A stretch of 64,000 nucleotides of DNA from Spirochaetia bacterium (GTDB taxonomy: Bacteria; Spirochaetota; Spirochaetia; SZUA-6; Bin103): the NCBI GenBank assembly GCA_965203905.1, contig CBDBDQ010000005.1, positions 2,080,001-2,144,000 on the forward strand, written 5' to 3'. The notes under the pieces are model-generated. The model had not been told where the DNA came from. It searched no databases and worked only from the letters and a program-made list of their open reading frames with translations. A program made the position numbers and the translations under genes. Below are positions 53,494-63,053 of this stretch, one piece after another (the stretch's first letter is position 1; the number at the start of each line of letters is the position of its first letter).

Positions 53494-53751
53494 TCAGAAC
53501 AACCCAAGTGTAAGCGCAGGAACAACCAGTGTCTCGTCGTCGTCGGGCCGGTGGACAGACCTCACGAGAAAAGGGCCTACGCCAAGCGCCTCAGCACCAG
53601 CTCGAACACCATCGTCGTACGTCTCGAACGCACCGATCACACTCTCACCCTGGATTACCAGGTACTTACCGGGGTACTTTGCGGCTAGCTCGGCTTGGTT
53701 GGTTCTCAGGAATTCTTTCTCCACCCTAAGCGGATCCTGCGTTTCGCTCAT
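53494..53751 (-). CDS. small protein (DUF5678-like)
   Basis: GGAGG RBS; ELAAKYPGKYLVIQGESVIG pattern; stop abuts the protease start. Confidence 0.7.
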   Translation of the reverse strand: MSETQDPLRVEKEFLRTNQAELAAKYPGKYLVIQGESVIGAFETYDDGVRAGAEALGVGPFLVRSVHRPDDDETLVVPALTLGLF

Positions 53752-54067
53752 GGTCTCGTCCTCCAGCGTACTCCCTAACCTATTACAATCGTATGCGGTG
53801 TCAACATGCGCGGCGACGCAACGTAGCGTCACGCGCCAAATCGCCATTAGGCGGTTCTCTGGCTATGCCGTTGTCTGCGTAAGGTCAAGCCGTTAAGCGG
53901 CACGCTCGCCCAGAGTCCAGCACGTTTATGACATACCAGAACCCTGTGGCGAGTAGGCGAGCGACGAGCAAGGGAAGCCCGCCGGTGGACGCATGGGCCC
54001 GTGTTATGAAAACGCCGGCGTACCGCGGGAGCCGCCGCACGCCGGCATGGTGTGCTCTACGCGACTC

Positions 54068-56416
54068 TCAGCGGGCGGTGACCGGCTCCGGTTCCCGTTC
54101 CGCTGCGGCGGTGCCGTTGCCGGAGGCGGCGACCTGGCGCGTGGCCTGTGCGTCGTGCAGCGCCTTGAGCACCCGCGGCGGTGACATCGGCACGCTGTAC
54201 AGGCGCACGCCGACGGCGTCGTAGATGGCGTTGGCGATTGCCGCCAGCGGCTGCACGATGGCGTTCTCGCCCACGCCGCGCACGCCGTAGGGGTGGCGTG
54301 GGTTGGGGACCTCGACCACCACCGTGTCGATCATCGGCAGGTCCAGCGCCACCGGCATGCGGTAGTCCAGGAAGCCGGCGTTTTCCATCACGCCGTTCTC
54401 GTCGAACAGGTACTCCTCGTTGAGCGCCCAGCCGATGCCCTGCACGGCGCCGCCCTGCATCTGGCCTTCCACGTAGCTCTTGTGGATGGCGCGGCCGGCG
54501 TCCTGCGCCACGGTGTAGCGGATCACGTCCACCTTGCCGGTTTCCGGATCCACCTCCACGTCGCAGATGTGGGTGCCGAGCGCCGGCGCCGCGCCCTTGG
54601 CATTCACCGAAGCGTCCGCAGCCAGCGGTCCGCCGGTCTGCGATGCCTTGTCCGCCAGGTCCTTGAGGGTGAGCGGCGCCTCGGTGCCGTTGACCCCCGC
54701 CTTGAGATGGGCGGCGCCGTCGCGCCACTCGACGTCGTCGGGCTGCACGTCCCAGATCTCCGCCGCGCGGCGGCGGGCGTCGGCAATCAGGTTCTGCGCC
54801 GCGTCGTGCACCGCCACCGCGGCCGCGTAAGCGGTGCTGCTGCCGCCGGTGACGCCGTTGAAGCCGATGGCGTCGGTGTCGCCGATCGAGGGCCGCACGC
54901 TCTCCACGTCGATGCCCAGCTCCTCGGCCAGCACCATGGCGTGGCCGGCGCGGGAGCCGCCGATGTCGGGGCGGCCGGTCACCAGCGTCACCTTGCCGTC
55001 CGGCAGCACCGCGATGTGCGCGGTTGCGTCGCCGCCGCCGTTCATCCAGAAGCCGGAGGCGACGCCGCGGCCCTGGTTCGGTCCCAGCGGCGCCTTGTAG
55101 TGGGGGTGGTCGATGCACGCCTGCACCGTCTCCACCATGCCGATCTCGGGGAACACCGGACCGTAGGGCGCCTTGGTGCCCTTCTTGGCGGCGTTCTTGA
55201 GGCGGAACTCCAGCGGGTCCATGTTGATCTGCTCACAGATCTCGTCGATCACGATCTCGCTGGCGTGGGCGGCGTTGGGCGCGCCCGGCGCGCGGTAGGC
55301 GTGCGACTTGGGCTTGTTGACCAGCACGTCGTAGCCGACGATGCGGAAGTTGGCCACGTCGTAGGGGGCGATGAGCGCCATCATGGCGGCGCCCACCGCG
55401 GAGCCCGGGAAGCCGCCGGCCTCGAACCACAGGTCGCAGTCGACCGCGGTGATGCGGCCGTCGCGGGTAGCGCCCATCCTGATGCGGGTGTGGCTGCCGG
55501 GGGCCGGGCCGGTGCCGCGGAACACCTCGTCGCGGGTCATCACCATCTTCACCGGGTGCCCGGTGCGCTGCGCCATCAGGATCGCCATCGGCTCCAGGTA
55601 GACCGTGGTCTTGCCGCCGAAGCCGCCGCCGATCTCGGCCGGGATCGCCCGGATCTGGGAGGGTTCGAGGGCCAGCACCTGGGCCGCGGCGTCGCGGATC
55701 GAGAAGTGCCCCTGGCTGGATACCCACAGGGTGATCTCGCCGCTCTCGGTGGCGCGCGCCATGCAGGCGTGGGTCTCGATGTAGCCCTGGTGCACGGTGC
55801 CGCTGTCGAACTCGTGCTCGATGATCACGTCGGCGGCGTCGAAGCCCTGCTCCAGGTCGCCGCCCTCGAAGGTGTTGGTCGAGGCGACGTTGGAGGGCGC
55901 GGCGTCGGCCTCGCCGTTGGTGCGTTGCGATTCGTCGATCAGCGGCGCGTCGGGGGCGCACGCCTCCATCACGTCCAGCACCACCGGCAGCGGCTCGTAC
56001 TCCACCTTGATCAGCTTGAGCGCCGCGTCGGCCACCGCCGGGCTGACCGCGGCCACCGCCGCCACCGCGTGGCCGTGGTAGCGCACCTTGTCGCGCGCGA
56101 TCACGTTGTGGGCGGTGTCCTTGATGCTGGCCGGCGCCTCCGCGTCGATATGACCGTCGCCGTCGCTGACCTCGGGGAAGTCGGCAGCGGTGATCACGTC
56201 CTTGACCCCTTCCAGGGCGCGCGCCGCGCTGGTGTCGATCGACTTGATGCGGGCGTGGGCGCAGGTGCTGCGCAGCGCCTTGCCGTGCAGCATGCCGGGC
56301 AGGGAGAAGTCAGCGCCATACTGGGCGCGTCCGGTGACCTTGTCGACGCCGTCGTGGCGGACCGGGCGCTTGCCGATCCAGCGGTAGTCGGGCTTGGAGG
56401 TGGTGGTATCGCTCAT
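54068..56416 (-). CDS. xanthine dehydrogenase family molybdopterin-binding large subunit
   Basis: KVTGRAQY, HQGYIE, IGGGFGGK, AYRAPG, GGS, EGQMQGG, GVGE. Confidence 0.92.
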   Translation of the reverse strand: MSDTTTSKPDYRWIGKRPVRHDGVDKVTGRAQYGADFSLPGMLHGKALRSTCAHARIKSIDTSAARALEGVKDVITAADFPEVSDGDGHIDAEAPASIKDTAHNVIARDKVRYHGHAVAAVAAVSPAVADAALKLIKVEYEPLPVVLDVMEACAPDAPLIDESQRTNGEADAAPSNVASTNTFEGGDLEQGFDAADVIIEHEFDSGTVHQGYIETHACMARATESGEITLWVSSQGHFSIRDAAAQVLALEPSQIRAIPAEIGGGFGGKTTVYLEPMAILMAQRTGHPVKMVMTRDEVFRGTGPAPGSHTRIRMGATRDGRITAVDCDLWFEAGGFPGSAVGAAMMALIAPYDVANFRIVGYDVLVNKPKSHAYRAPGAPNAAHASEIVIDEICEQINMDPLEFRLKNAAKKGTKAPYGPVFPEIGMVETVQACIDHPHYKAPLGPNQGRGVASGFWMNGGGDATAHIAVLPDGKVTLVTGRPDIGGSRAGHAMVLAEELGIDVESVRPSIGDTDAIGFNGVTGGSSTAYAAAVAVHDAAQNLIADARRRAAEIWDVQPDDVEWRDGAAHLKAGVNGTEAPLTLKDLADKASQTGGPLAADASVNAKGAAPALGTHICDVEVDPETGKVDVIRYTVAQDAGRAIHKSYVEGQMQGGAVQGIGWALNEEYLFDENGVMENAGFLDYRMPVALDLPMIDTVVVEVPNPRHPYGVRGVGENAIVQPLAAIANAIYDAVGVRLYSVPMSPPRVLKALHDAQATRQVAASGNGTAAAEREPEPVTAR

Positions 56417-56476
56417 CTGGTTGCTCCTTCAGCGCGCACAGTGTAGGCAAATCCGCTCACAACGACAATCCTGCAA

Positions 56477-57310
56477 TCACCAGCGGATGATGCGGCGCCG
56501 GCGCTGTTGGAACACGGTCTCGCCGGCGAAGCCCATGGCCTGCAGGCGCGCTGCCACCGCGGCGAATCCGTGGCCGATCTCGTGGCTGCGGTGGGCGTCG
56601 CTGCCGATGCTCACCTCGCGCCCGCCGAGCTCGCGGTAGCGCTGCAGGATCGGCCAGTCGGGGTAGGCCTCCGCCTCTTCGCGCCGCAGCCCGGCGGTGT
56701 TGATCTCGGGCACCACGCCGGCGCTGATCACCGCCTCAAGGATCGGGTCCAGCAGTGCCGGCTCCACGGCGCCCAGCGGCGTGTCCCAGTAGCTGAGCAG
56801 GTAGCGCTTGACGTAGTCGAGGTGGCTGATGATGTCGAACGGACAGCTCCCGGCGGCGGCCAGGTCGCGGCACAGCTCGGCCACTTCCCGCAGTGCGGCC
56901 AGGTAGTGGCGGCGCATCTCCGCGACGCCGAGCTGCTGCCAGCGCCGCCGCAGGTGCAGCGGCCGGCCGCCGCACCAATGCACGCTCAGCAGCACCACGT
57001 CGAAGGGGTGCCGGTCGAGGTAGTCCAGGGTCTCCTCCACCAGCGTCGGCTGGTAGTCCACCTCGATGCCGAAGCCGATGGTCAGCGGCGGCGAGAAGCG
57101 GCGCCGCAGGTCGGCGATCGTGGCCGCGATGGCGTCGTAGTCCCATTGGCACTGGTCGCGCTCGCTGGGGTGCATGTCGTAATGCTCGGTAAACGTGAGA
57201 CCGGTCAGGCCGGCGGCCAGGGCCTGTTCGCAGTTGGCCGCCGGATCCGCCTTGGAGTCGACCGAGTGGCGCGAGTGCAGGTGCTGGTCGTGAAGCTTCA
57301 CCATTTCCAA
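56477..57310 (-). CDS. histidinol-phosphatase, PHP (HisJ/HisK) family
   Basis: DQHLHS, TEH, GIE, SVH, SHLD, EINT, GSDAH. Confidence 0.85.
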   Translation of the reverse strand: MEMVKLHDQHLHSRHSVDSKADPAANCEQALAAGLTGLTFTEHYDMHPSERDQCQWDYDAIAATIADLRRRFSPPLTIGFGIEVDYQPTLVEETLDYLDRHPFDVVLLSVHWCGGRPLHLRRRWQQLGVAEMRRHYLAALREVAELCRDLAAAGSCPFDIISHLDYVKRYLLSYWDTPLGAVEPALLDPILEAVISAGVVPEINTAGLRREEAEAYPDWPILQRYRELGGREVSIGSDAHRSHEIGHGFAAVAARLQAMGFAGETVFQQRRRRIIRW

Positions 57311-57377
57311 TCCTGGAGTATATTACCCGGACACGGTGTGCCGGCGCCGAGCGGGACGGCGCGGGCCCGCGTTTCCA

Positions 57378-59654
57378 ATGAAGGTAGAGCACTACAGCCT
57401 GGTCTGCGACATCGGCGAGCTCAGCGCGCTGTTCCACGAAGCGCTCGACCTGAGCACGTTCCTCCAGCGCACCGCCACGATGGTAGCGGAGCATGTCGAT
57501 GCCGAGGTGTGCTCGATCTACCTCTACGACCCCTCCAGCCGCGAGCTTACCCTGAGCGCCACCCACGGGCTCAACCGCGAGCTGGTGGGGAAGGTGCGCC
57601 TTAAGCTGGGCGAGGGGCTCACCGGCGTGGCGCTCAAGGAGCTCCGCTACATCGTGGAGCCGGTGGCCAGCGCGAGTCCCTTCTACCGCCACGTACCGCA
57701 CCTCAGGGAGGAGGAGTTCGATTGTTTTCTCGCGGTGCCGCTGCTGCGCGGCATTACCCGGGTCGGCGTGCTCGTGGTGCAGCGCCGCAAGAACCGCCAG
57801 TTCACCCGCATGGACGTGCAGGGGCTGCGCGCGGTGGGCGCCCAGCTCACCGGTGCGATCGAGAACGCGCGCCTGCTGCTGGGCTCGGCGCCCACTCCCA
57901 GCGAGGGCGACGACTCGCCGCTGGAGTCGATTGCCACCTTCGAAGGCCAGGTGGCTTCCGGAGGGTTGGCGCGCGGCCCGAGCCTGCGGCTGGACCGTGA
58001 AGGCCAGTACGATTCGCTGGCCGTCGCCGAGTACCCCCCAAACCTGACCCTGGATGATTTCCGCGCCGCCATCGGCGCCACCGAGGAGCAGTTGGAGGAG
58101 ATGCAGGCGCAGGTGGGCGAGCGGCTGTCCGACGTCGCCTCCCTGATTTTCTCCTCCCATCTCCTGATTCTCAAGGATCCCGGCTTCACCGAGGCCGTCG
58201 AGCGCCTGATCGGGGAGGGCGTTCCCGTACCCCAGGCAGTGCTGAGGATCTCCAACGAATACATACACCGGTTCCAGTCCAGCAACGTGGGTTTCGTGCG
58301 CGAGAAGGCCAACGACGTGAAGGACCTGGTCACCCGCCTGCTGCACAACATCAGCGACGCCGAGGCCGAGGCCACCGAGTGGCGCGGGCGCATCGTGATC
58401 GCCCGCGAGTTCTTCCCGTCGCAGCTCCTGCGGCTGTCGTCGCAGCAGGCGGCCGGCGTGGTGCTGGTCACCGGTGGGGTCACCTCCCACGTCGCCATCC
58501 TGGCGCGTTCCCTGGTGGTGCCGCTGGTGATCGTCGACGACCCGCGCCTGCTGGCGCTGGCGCCCGGAACCGACATTCTGCTGGATGCCGACCACGGCCG
58601 GGTGTACGTCCGTCCGAGCGAGGCGGTGCTGGCCCACTTCGGCGCCCGGCTCGCCGCGCAGCAGGCGCCGGAGCCGCGCGGCACCATCGAGCCGCAGACC
58701 GCCACCGCGGACGGCACCGTGGTGCGGCTCATGGCCAACGTCAACCTGATGAGCGACGCCGACCTGGCGCGCCAGCTCGGCGCCGAGGGGGTCGGCCTGT
58801 ACCGCACCGAGTTTCCGTTCATGGTGCGCCGCGAGCTGCCTACCGAAGAGGAGCAGTACGCCCTGTACCGCGACCTGGTGGCGCGCTTCCCGCACGGCGA
58901 CATCCTGTTCCGCACCCTCGACATCGGCGGCGACAAGGTGCTCTCCTACTTCCCCGACATGCGCGAGCAGAACCCGTTTCTGGGGGTGCGCTCCATCCGC
59001 TTCAGCCTGCGCAACCGCGACATCTTCACCCAGCAACTGCGCGCCATGCTGCGCGCCAACCGCGGCCGCAAGCTGCACGTGATGTTCCCCATGGTCTCCT
59101 CCATCGAGGAGTTGCGCGCCGGCCGCTCCGCGGTGGAGCAGTGCGCCGCCGAGTTGCGCGAGGAAGACCATCAGATCAGCACCGAGGTGGCGGTCGGCGC
59201 GATGGTCGAGGTACCCTCCATGGTACCGATGATCGACGACTTCGCGCGCGAGGCGGACTTCCTCTCCATCGGCACCAATGACCTGATCCAGTACCTGCTG
59301 GCGGTGGACCGCACCAACGAGAAGGTGGCTCACCTCTACCTGCCGCACCACCCGGCCGTGCTGCGCACCCTGCATGCGCTGGTCACGGCGTGCACCCGTC
59401 ACGGGGTGGAGGTGTCGGTGTGCGGTGACATGGCGCACCAGGCCCAGTACCTGCCGTTCCTGGTCGGCATCGGGGTGCGCAGCCTGAGCGTGGAGCCGAT
59501 CTACCTGCCGGCGGTGCAGGCGGCCATCTCCGGCATCGAACTGGTGGCCGCCGAAGCCCTGGCCGAACGCATGGTGGCCGCCACCACGGTGGAGGAGGTG
59601 GCACAACTGCTCCCCGTCGAGGAGCTGGACACCGAAAACCTGCTGTGGGTGTAG
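57378..59654 (+). CDS. ptsP: GAF-containing PEP-protein phosphotransferase (EI-Ntr type)
   Basis: N-terminal GAF (CSIYL, GEGLTG), TSHVAI phospho-His, GLYRTEF, RTLDIGGDK, SIGTNDL, CGD. Confidence 0.93.
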   Translation: MKVEHYSLVCDIGELSALFHEALDLSTFLQRTATMVAEHVDAEVCSIYLYDPSSRELTLSATHGLNRELVGKVRLKLGEGLTGVALKELRYIVEPVASASPFYRHVPHLREEEFDCFLAVPLLRGITRVGVLVVQRRKNRQFTRMDVQGLRAVGAQLTGAIENARLLLGSAPTPSEGDDSPLESIATFEGQVASGGLARGPSLRLDREGQYDSLAVAEYPPNLTLDDFRAAIGATEEQLEEMQAQVGERLSDVASLIFSSHLLILKDPGFTEAVERLIGEGVPVPQAVLRISNEYIHRFQSSNVGFVREKANDVKDLVTRLLHNISDAEAEATEWRGRIVIAREFFPSQLLRLSSQQAAGVVLVTGGVTSHVAILARSLVVPLVIVDDPRLLALAPGTDILLDADHGRVYVRPSEAVLAHFGARLAAQQAPEPRGTIEPQTATADGTVVRLMANVNLMSDADLARQLGAEGVGLYRTEFPFMVRRELPTEEEQYALYRDLVARFPHGDILFRTLDIGGDKVLSYFPDMREQNPFLGVRSIRFSLRNRDIFTQQLRAMLRANRGRKLHVMFPMVSSIEELRAGRSAVEQCAAELREEDHQISTEVAVGAMVEVPSMVPMIDDFAREADFLSIGTNDLIQYLLAVDRTNEKVAHLYLPHHPAVLRTLHALVTACTRHGVEVSVCGDMAHQAQYLPFLVGIGVRSLSVEPIYLPAVQAAISGIELVAAEALAERMVAATTVEEVAQLLPVEELDTENLLWV

Positions 59655-60608
59655 TTACCCGCTGACCACGTTGCGCGGCGTGCCGGCGATGAAGGCGCGG
59701 ATGTTCTCCACGCTCTCGTCGATCAGCGTCTGCCGCGCCTCGCGGGTGGACCAGGCGCTGTGCGGGGTGATGATGATGTTGGGCGCCTCCAGCAGCGGGT
59801 TGCCGGCGCTGGGTGGCTCCTCCGTGAGGACGTCGAAACCGGCCCCGGCCAGGCGGCCGGCGTGCAGCGCCGCGGCCAGCGCCGCTTCGTCGACGATGCC
59901 GCCGCGCGCCGTGTTGATCAGGTAGGCGGAAGGCTTCATCCGCGCCAGCGCCGCGGCGTCGATCAGGTTGCGGGTCTCGTCGGTGAGCGGGCTGTGGACG
60001 GTCACGAAGTCGGACTCGGCCAGCAGCTCGTCGAGCGGGGTGTTGGCGTAGGGGCTGTCGTGGATGGGAAAGGCGTCGTGCGCCAGGATGCGCATGCCGA
60101 AGCCCTCGGCGATGCGCGCCACGCCGCGGCCGATCACTCCGAAACCGATGATGCCGATGGCCAGCCCCTTGAGCTCGAAGGTGGGGTAGCGCAGCAGCGT
60201 GAACGAAGAGCTGCGCTGCCAGTCGCCGCGGGCCACGTCGGCGGCGTAGCGGTACGCCTTGGTGGCGAGGTTGAGGATCAGCGCAAAGGCGTGCTGCGGC
60301 ACGGTGTCGCCGGCGTAGCCGGCAACGTTGCTCACCGTGACGCCGGCGCCACGGGCGGCTTCCAGGTCGACGTTGTTGTAGCCGGTGGCGCTCACCGCCA
60401 CCAGGCGCAGGTCGTCCAGCGCCTCGAACACGGCCGCGGTGATCAGCGCCTTGTTGACCACGATCACCTCGCTGGCGGCGCCGTGCTCGATGATCTCGGC
60501 CACCGAGCCGTTGGGCAGGCTGTGATACTCGCCCAGCGCCTGGAGACCGGAGAAGTCGATGTCTCCGTTCAGGCTGATGTCGGTATCATCCGCGAACAGG
60601 ATGCGCAT
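59655..60608 (-). CDS. D-2-hydroxyacid (glycerate-type) dehydrogenase
   Basis: ATGYNNVD, GFGVIG, INTARG, TPHSAW. Confidence 0.9.
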   Translation of the reverse strand: MRILFADDTDISLNGDIDFSGLQALGEYHSLPNGSVAEIIEHGAASEVIVVNKALITAAVFEALDDLRLVAVSATGYNNVDLEAARGAGVTVSNVAGYAGDTVPQHAFALILNLATKAYRYAADVARGDWQRSSSFTLLRYPTFELKGLAIGIIGFGVIGRGVARIAEGFGMRILAHDAFPIHDSPYANTPLDELLAESDFVTVHSPLTDETRNLIDAAALARMKPSAYLINTARGGIVDEAALAAALHAGRLAGAGFDVLTEEPPSAGNPLLEAPNIIITPHSAWSTREARQTLIDESVENIRAFIAGTPRNVVSG

Positions 60609-60664
60609 GGGTGGCGATCCTCCTGTATCTCCTGCTTCCGGTCAACGAGCCCGCATCAGTCGCA

Positions 60665-61714
60665 TCAGTCGTCAAAAATCACCTCCCTGCCGCTGGCCGC
60701 CGAGGAGTAGATCGCGTCCAGCACCCGCTGCACGGTCAACGCCTGCTCCAGGGTGACGCAGGCCTCCTCGCGCCCCAGGATCAGGTTCACGAAGTGGTGG
60801 AAGCGGTTGGCGTGCGGGTAGGTGAGCGCGCCGGCGTCCGGTGAATCGATGATGTGGTAGCCGTCGGCCTGCTGCCGGTAGAGCCGTTCGCCGTAGGTGT
60901 CGACGGCTCCCTCGGTGCCGTAGAGCTCGACGTTCATGGCACTGCGCTGCTCGGAGTGCATCGCCCACACTGCGTCGAGCACCACGCTGGCGCCGCTCTT
61001 GAGCTTGATGATGGCGGTGGCGAAGTCGTCCACGTCGAAACGTGCGTCGGGTCGCTCCGAGAGGCCCCAGCCGCCCTCGCCCCTGCCGCGCGGCCCGAAC
61101 TCGGCGTACGTGGCCCCGGATACGGAGTGCACCGCGAAGTCGCCGAGCTCGTAGAGGGCGTCGTCCAGCATGTGCACGCCGATGTCGAGCAGGCCGCCGC
61201 CGCCGGAGTGCTGCTTGCGGGTGAACCAGCTCCCGATCCCGGGGATGCCGGTGCGCCGGCGCCAGTACGCCTTGCAGTGGTAGGGCCGGCCGATGCGTCC
61301 CTGCTGCACCAGTTGTCGGGCGCGCTGCACCGGCGGCGCGAAGCGCTGGTTCATGCCCAGCATGAAGTGCTTGTCCGACTGCCGCGCCGCCGCGGCCAGC
61401 GGCGCCGCGTCCTCCAGGCTGAGCGCCAGCGGCTTCTCCTGCAGCACGTGCTTGCCCGCCTCCAGCGCCAGGGTGCTGATCGGCGCGTGCAGGTAGTTCG
61501 GCACGGCGATATACACCGCATCCACGGTATCCAGCGCCACCAGCTGCTCGGCACTCTCCAGCACCGTGCTCACCCCGAAGCGGGCCGCGAACGCGGTCAC
61601 CCGTTCGCGGCTGGGGTCGGCGACGGCGACCAGCTCCGCGTCGGGGTTCTCGATGATGGCGGCGGCGCCGCCGGCGGCCACCCCACCGGTGCCAATGATC
61701 CCAAACCGAATCAT
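60665..61714 (-). CDS. Gfo/Idh/MocA oxidoreductase
   Basis: GIIGTG, PNYLH, EKP, GGGLLDIGVH. Confidence 0.9.
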   Translation of the reverse strand: MIRFGIIGTGGVAAGGAAAIIENPDAELVAVADPSRERVTAFAARFGVSTVLESAEQLVALDTVDAVYIAVPNYLHAPISTLALEAGKHVLQEKPLALSLEDAAPLAAAARQSDKHFMLGMNQRFAPPVQRARQLVQQGRIGRPYHCKAYWRRRTGIPGIGSWFTRKQHSGGGGLLDIGVHMLDDALYELGDFAVHSVSGATYAEFGPRGRGEGGWGLSERPDARFDVDDFATAIIKLKSGASVVLDAVWAMHSEQRSAMNVELYGTEGAVDTYGERLYRQQADGYHIIDSPDAGALTYPHANRFHHFVNLILGREEACVTLEQALTVQRVLDAIYSSAASGREVIFDD

Positions 61715-61805
61715 GCCGCTACGTTAGCCGCCGTTGCCCACCGTGCCTACCATGGTGGCTCGCCTTTCGTCCCCGGCGTAGTACTATGGGCCCGTGCTCG
61801 GGGTG

Positions 61806-63047
61806 ATGAAGCTGGAGAACAGCGTTCGGCACTACGCCTGGGGCTCGAAGACCGCGTTGGCGCGACTGCAGGGGCGGCCGGCGGCGCAGGAGCCGGAGGC
61901 GGAGCTGTGGCTCGGGGCGCACCCCCAGGGGCCGTCGGCCGTGAAGGTGGCGGGGCGCCGCGTGACGCTCGACCGGCTGGTGGCGGAACGGCCCGCCGAG
62001 ACGCTGGGGCCGGTGGCGCAGCCCTTCGGGGGTGTGCTGCCGTTCCTGCTCAAGGTGCTGGCCGTGGCCGAGCCGCTGTCGATCCAGGCGCATCCGACGC
62101 TGGCGCAGGCGGCGGCGGGATTCGCCCGCGAGGAGGCGGCGGGACTAGCCGTGGATGCGGAGCAGCGCAGCTACCGCGACCGCAACCACAAGCCGGAGGT
62201 GGTGGTGGCGCTGGAGCCCTACTGGCTGCTGAGCGGTTTTCGCCCCTACGAGGTGATTGCGCGCCGCCTGGGCGCGATCGGCGTGCCCGCGCTGCAGGCC
62301 GCCGTCAGCGCCCTGCAGGCGACCCCGGGGGCCGCAGCGCTACGCGCGCTGGTGGCCGCGGCGCTGCGCCTGGACGCCGGGCGGCGGGCCGACCTGGTTG
62401 CCCGCGCCGTGGCCCATGCCGGCGGCCCGGCGCAGGAGAGCGCCGCGACCGCGGCCGGCGCCGCGCCGGCAGCCGACGCGGCGGCCGCGGCGCGCTGGGT
62501 GCAGCGGCTGGCTGCTCAGTACCCGGATGACCCCGGCGTGCTCAGTCCCTGGCTGCTGAACCTGGTGCCGCTGGCGCCCGGCGAGGGGTTGTACACCGGG
62601 GCCGGCACGTTGCACGCGACCCTGCGCGGCACCGGAGTAGAGCTGCAGGCCAGTTCGGACAACGTGCTGCGCGGCGGTCTGACTCCCAAGCACGTGGACG
62701 TGCCGGAGCTGCTGCGGGTGGGATCTTTCGCGCCCGCCGACGCCGCGGTGCTGCGGCCGCCGCCCGTGGCCAACGGCGAGCGCCACTATGCCACGCCCAC
62801 CGCCGAGTTCGCGCTGTCGTCGGTCGCTCTCGGCCAGTTGCCGCCGGAGACCCCGTTCGCCGTTGCCACCGGCGGACCGGAAATCCTGCTGCTGCTGCAT
62901 GGCGACGGCGTGGTGCGTGACCCTGCCGGGCGTGAGGTTTCGTGCCGGCCGGGCGAGTCGCTGTTCGTGCCTGCCGCCGTCCCGCGTTATGAGGTGCGTG
63001 GAACGGGGCTCATGTTCCGGGCCCGGGTACCCCAGCCGAGACGGTAG
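61806..63047 (+). CDS. manA: mannose-6-phosphate isomerase, class I
   Basis: YAWGS, ELWLGAHP, LPFLLKVL, LSIQAHP, HKPE, SDNVLRGGLTPKHVD. Confidence 0.94.
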   Translation: MKLENSVRHYAWGSKTALARLQGRPAAQEPEAELWLGAHPQGPSAVKVAGRRVTLDRLVAERPAETLGPVAQPFGGVLPFLLKVLAVAEPLSIQAHPTLAQAAAGFAREEAAGLAVDAEQRSYRDRNHKPEVVVALEPYWLLSGFRPYEVIARRLGAIGVPALQAAVSALQATPGAAALRALVAAALRLDAGRRADLVARAVAHAGGPAQESAATAAGAAPAADAAAAARWVQRLAAQYPDDPGVLSPWLLNLVPLAPGEGLYTGAGTLHATLRGTGVELQASSDNVLRGGLTPKHVDVPELLRVGSFAPADAAVLRPPPVANGERHYATPTAEFALSSVALGQLPPETPFAVATGGPEILLLLHGDGVVRDPAGREVSCRPGESLFVPAAVPRYEVRGTGLMFRARVPQPRR

Positions 63048-63053
63048 TAGCGC

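Noticed and set aside
54068-56416. Aerobic CO dehydrogenase CoxL
   Set aside because: The active-site loop is AYRAPG, not AYXCSFR (form I) or AYXGAGR (form II).
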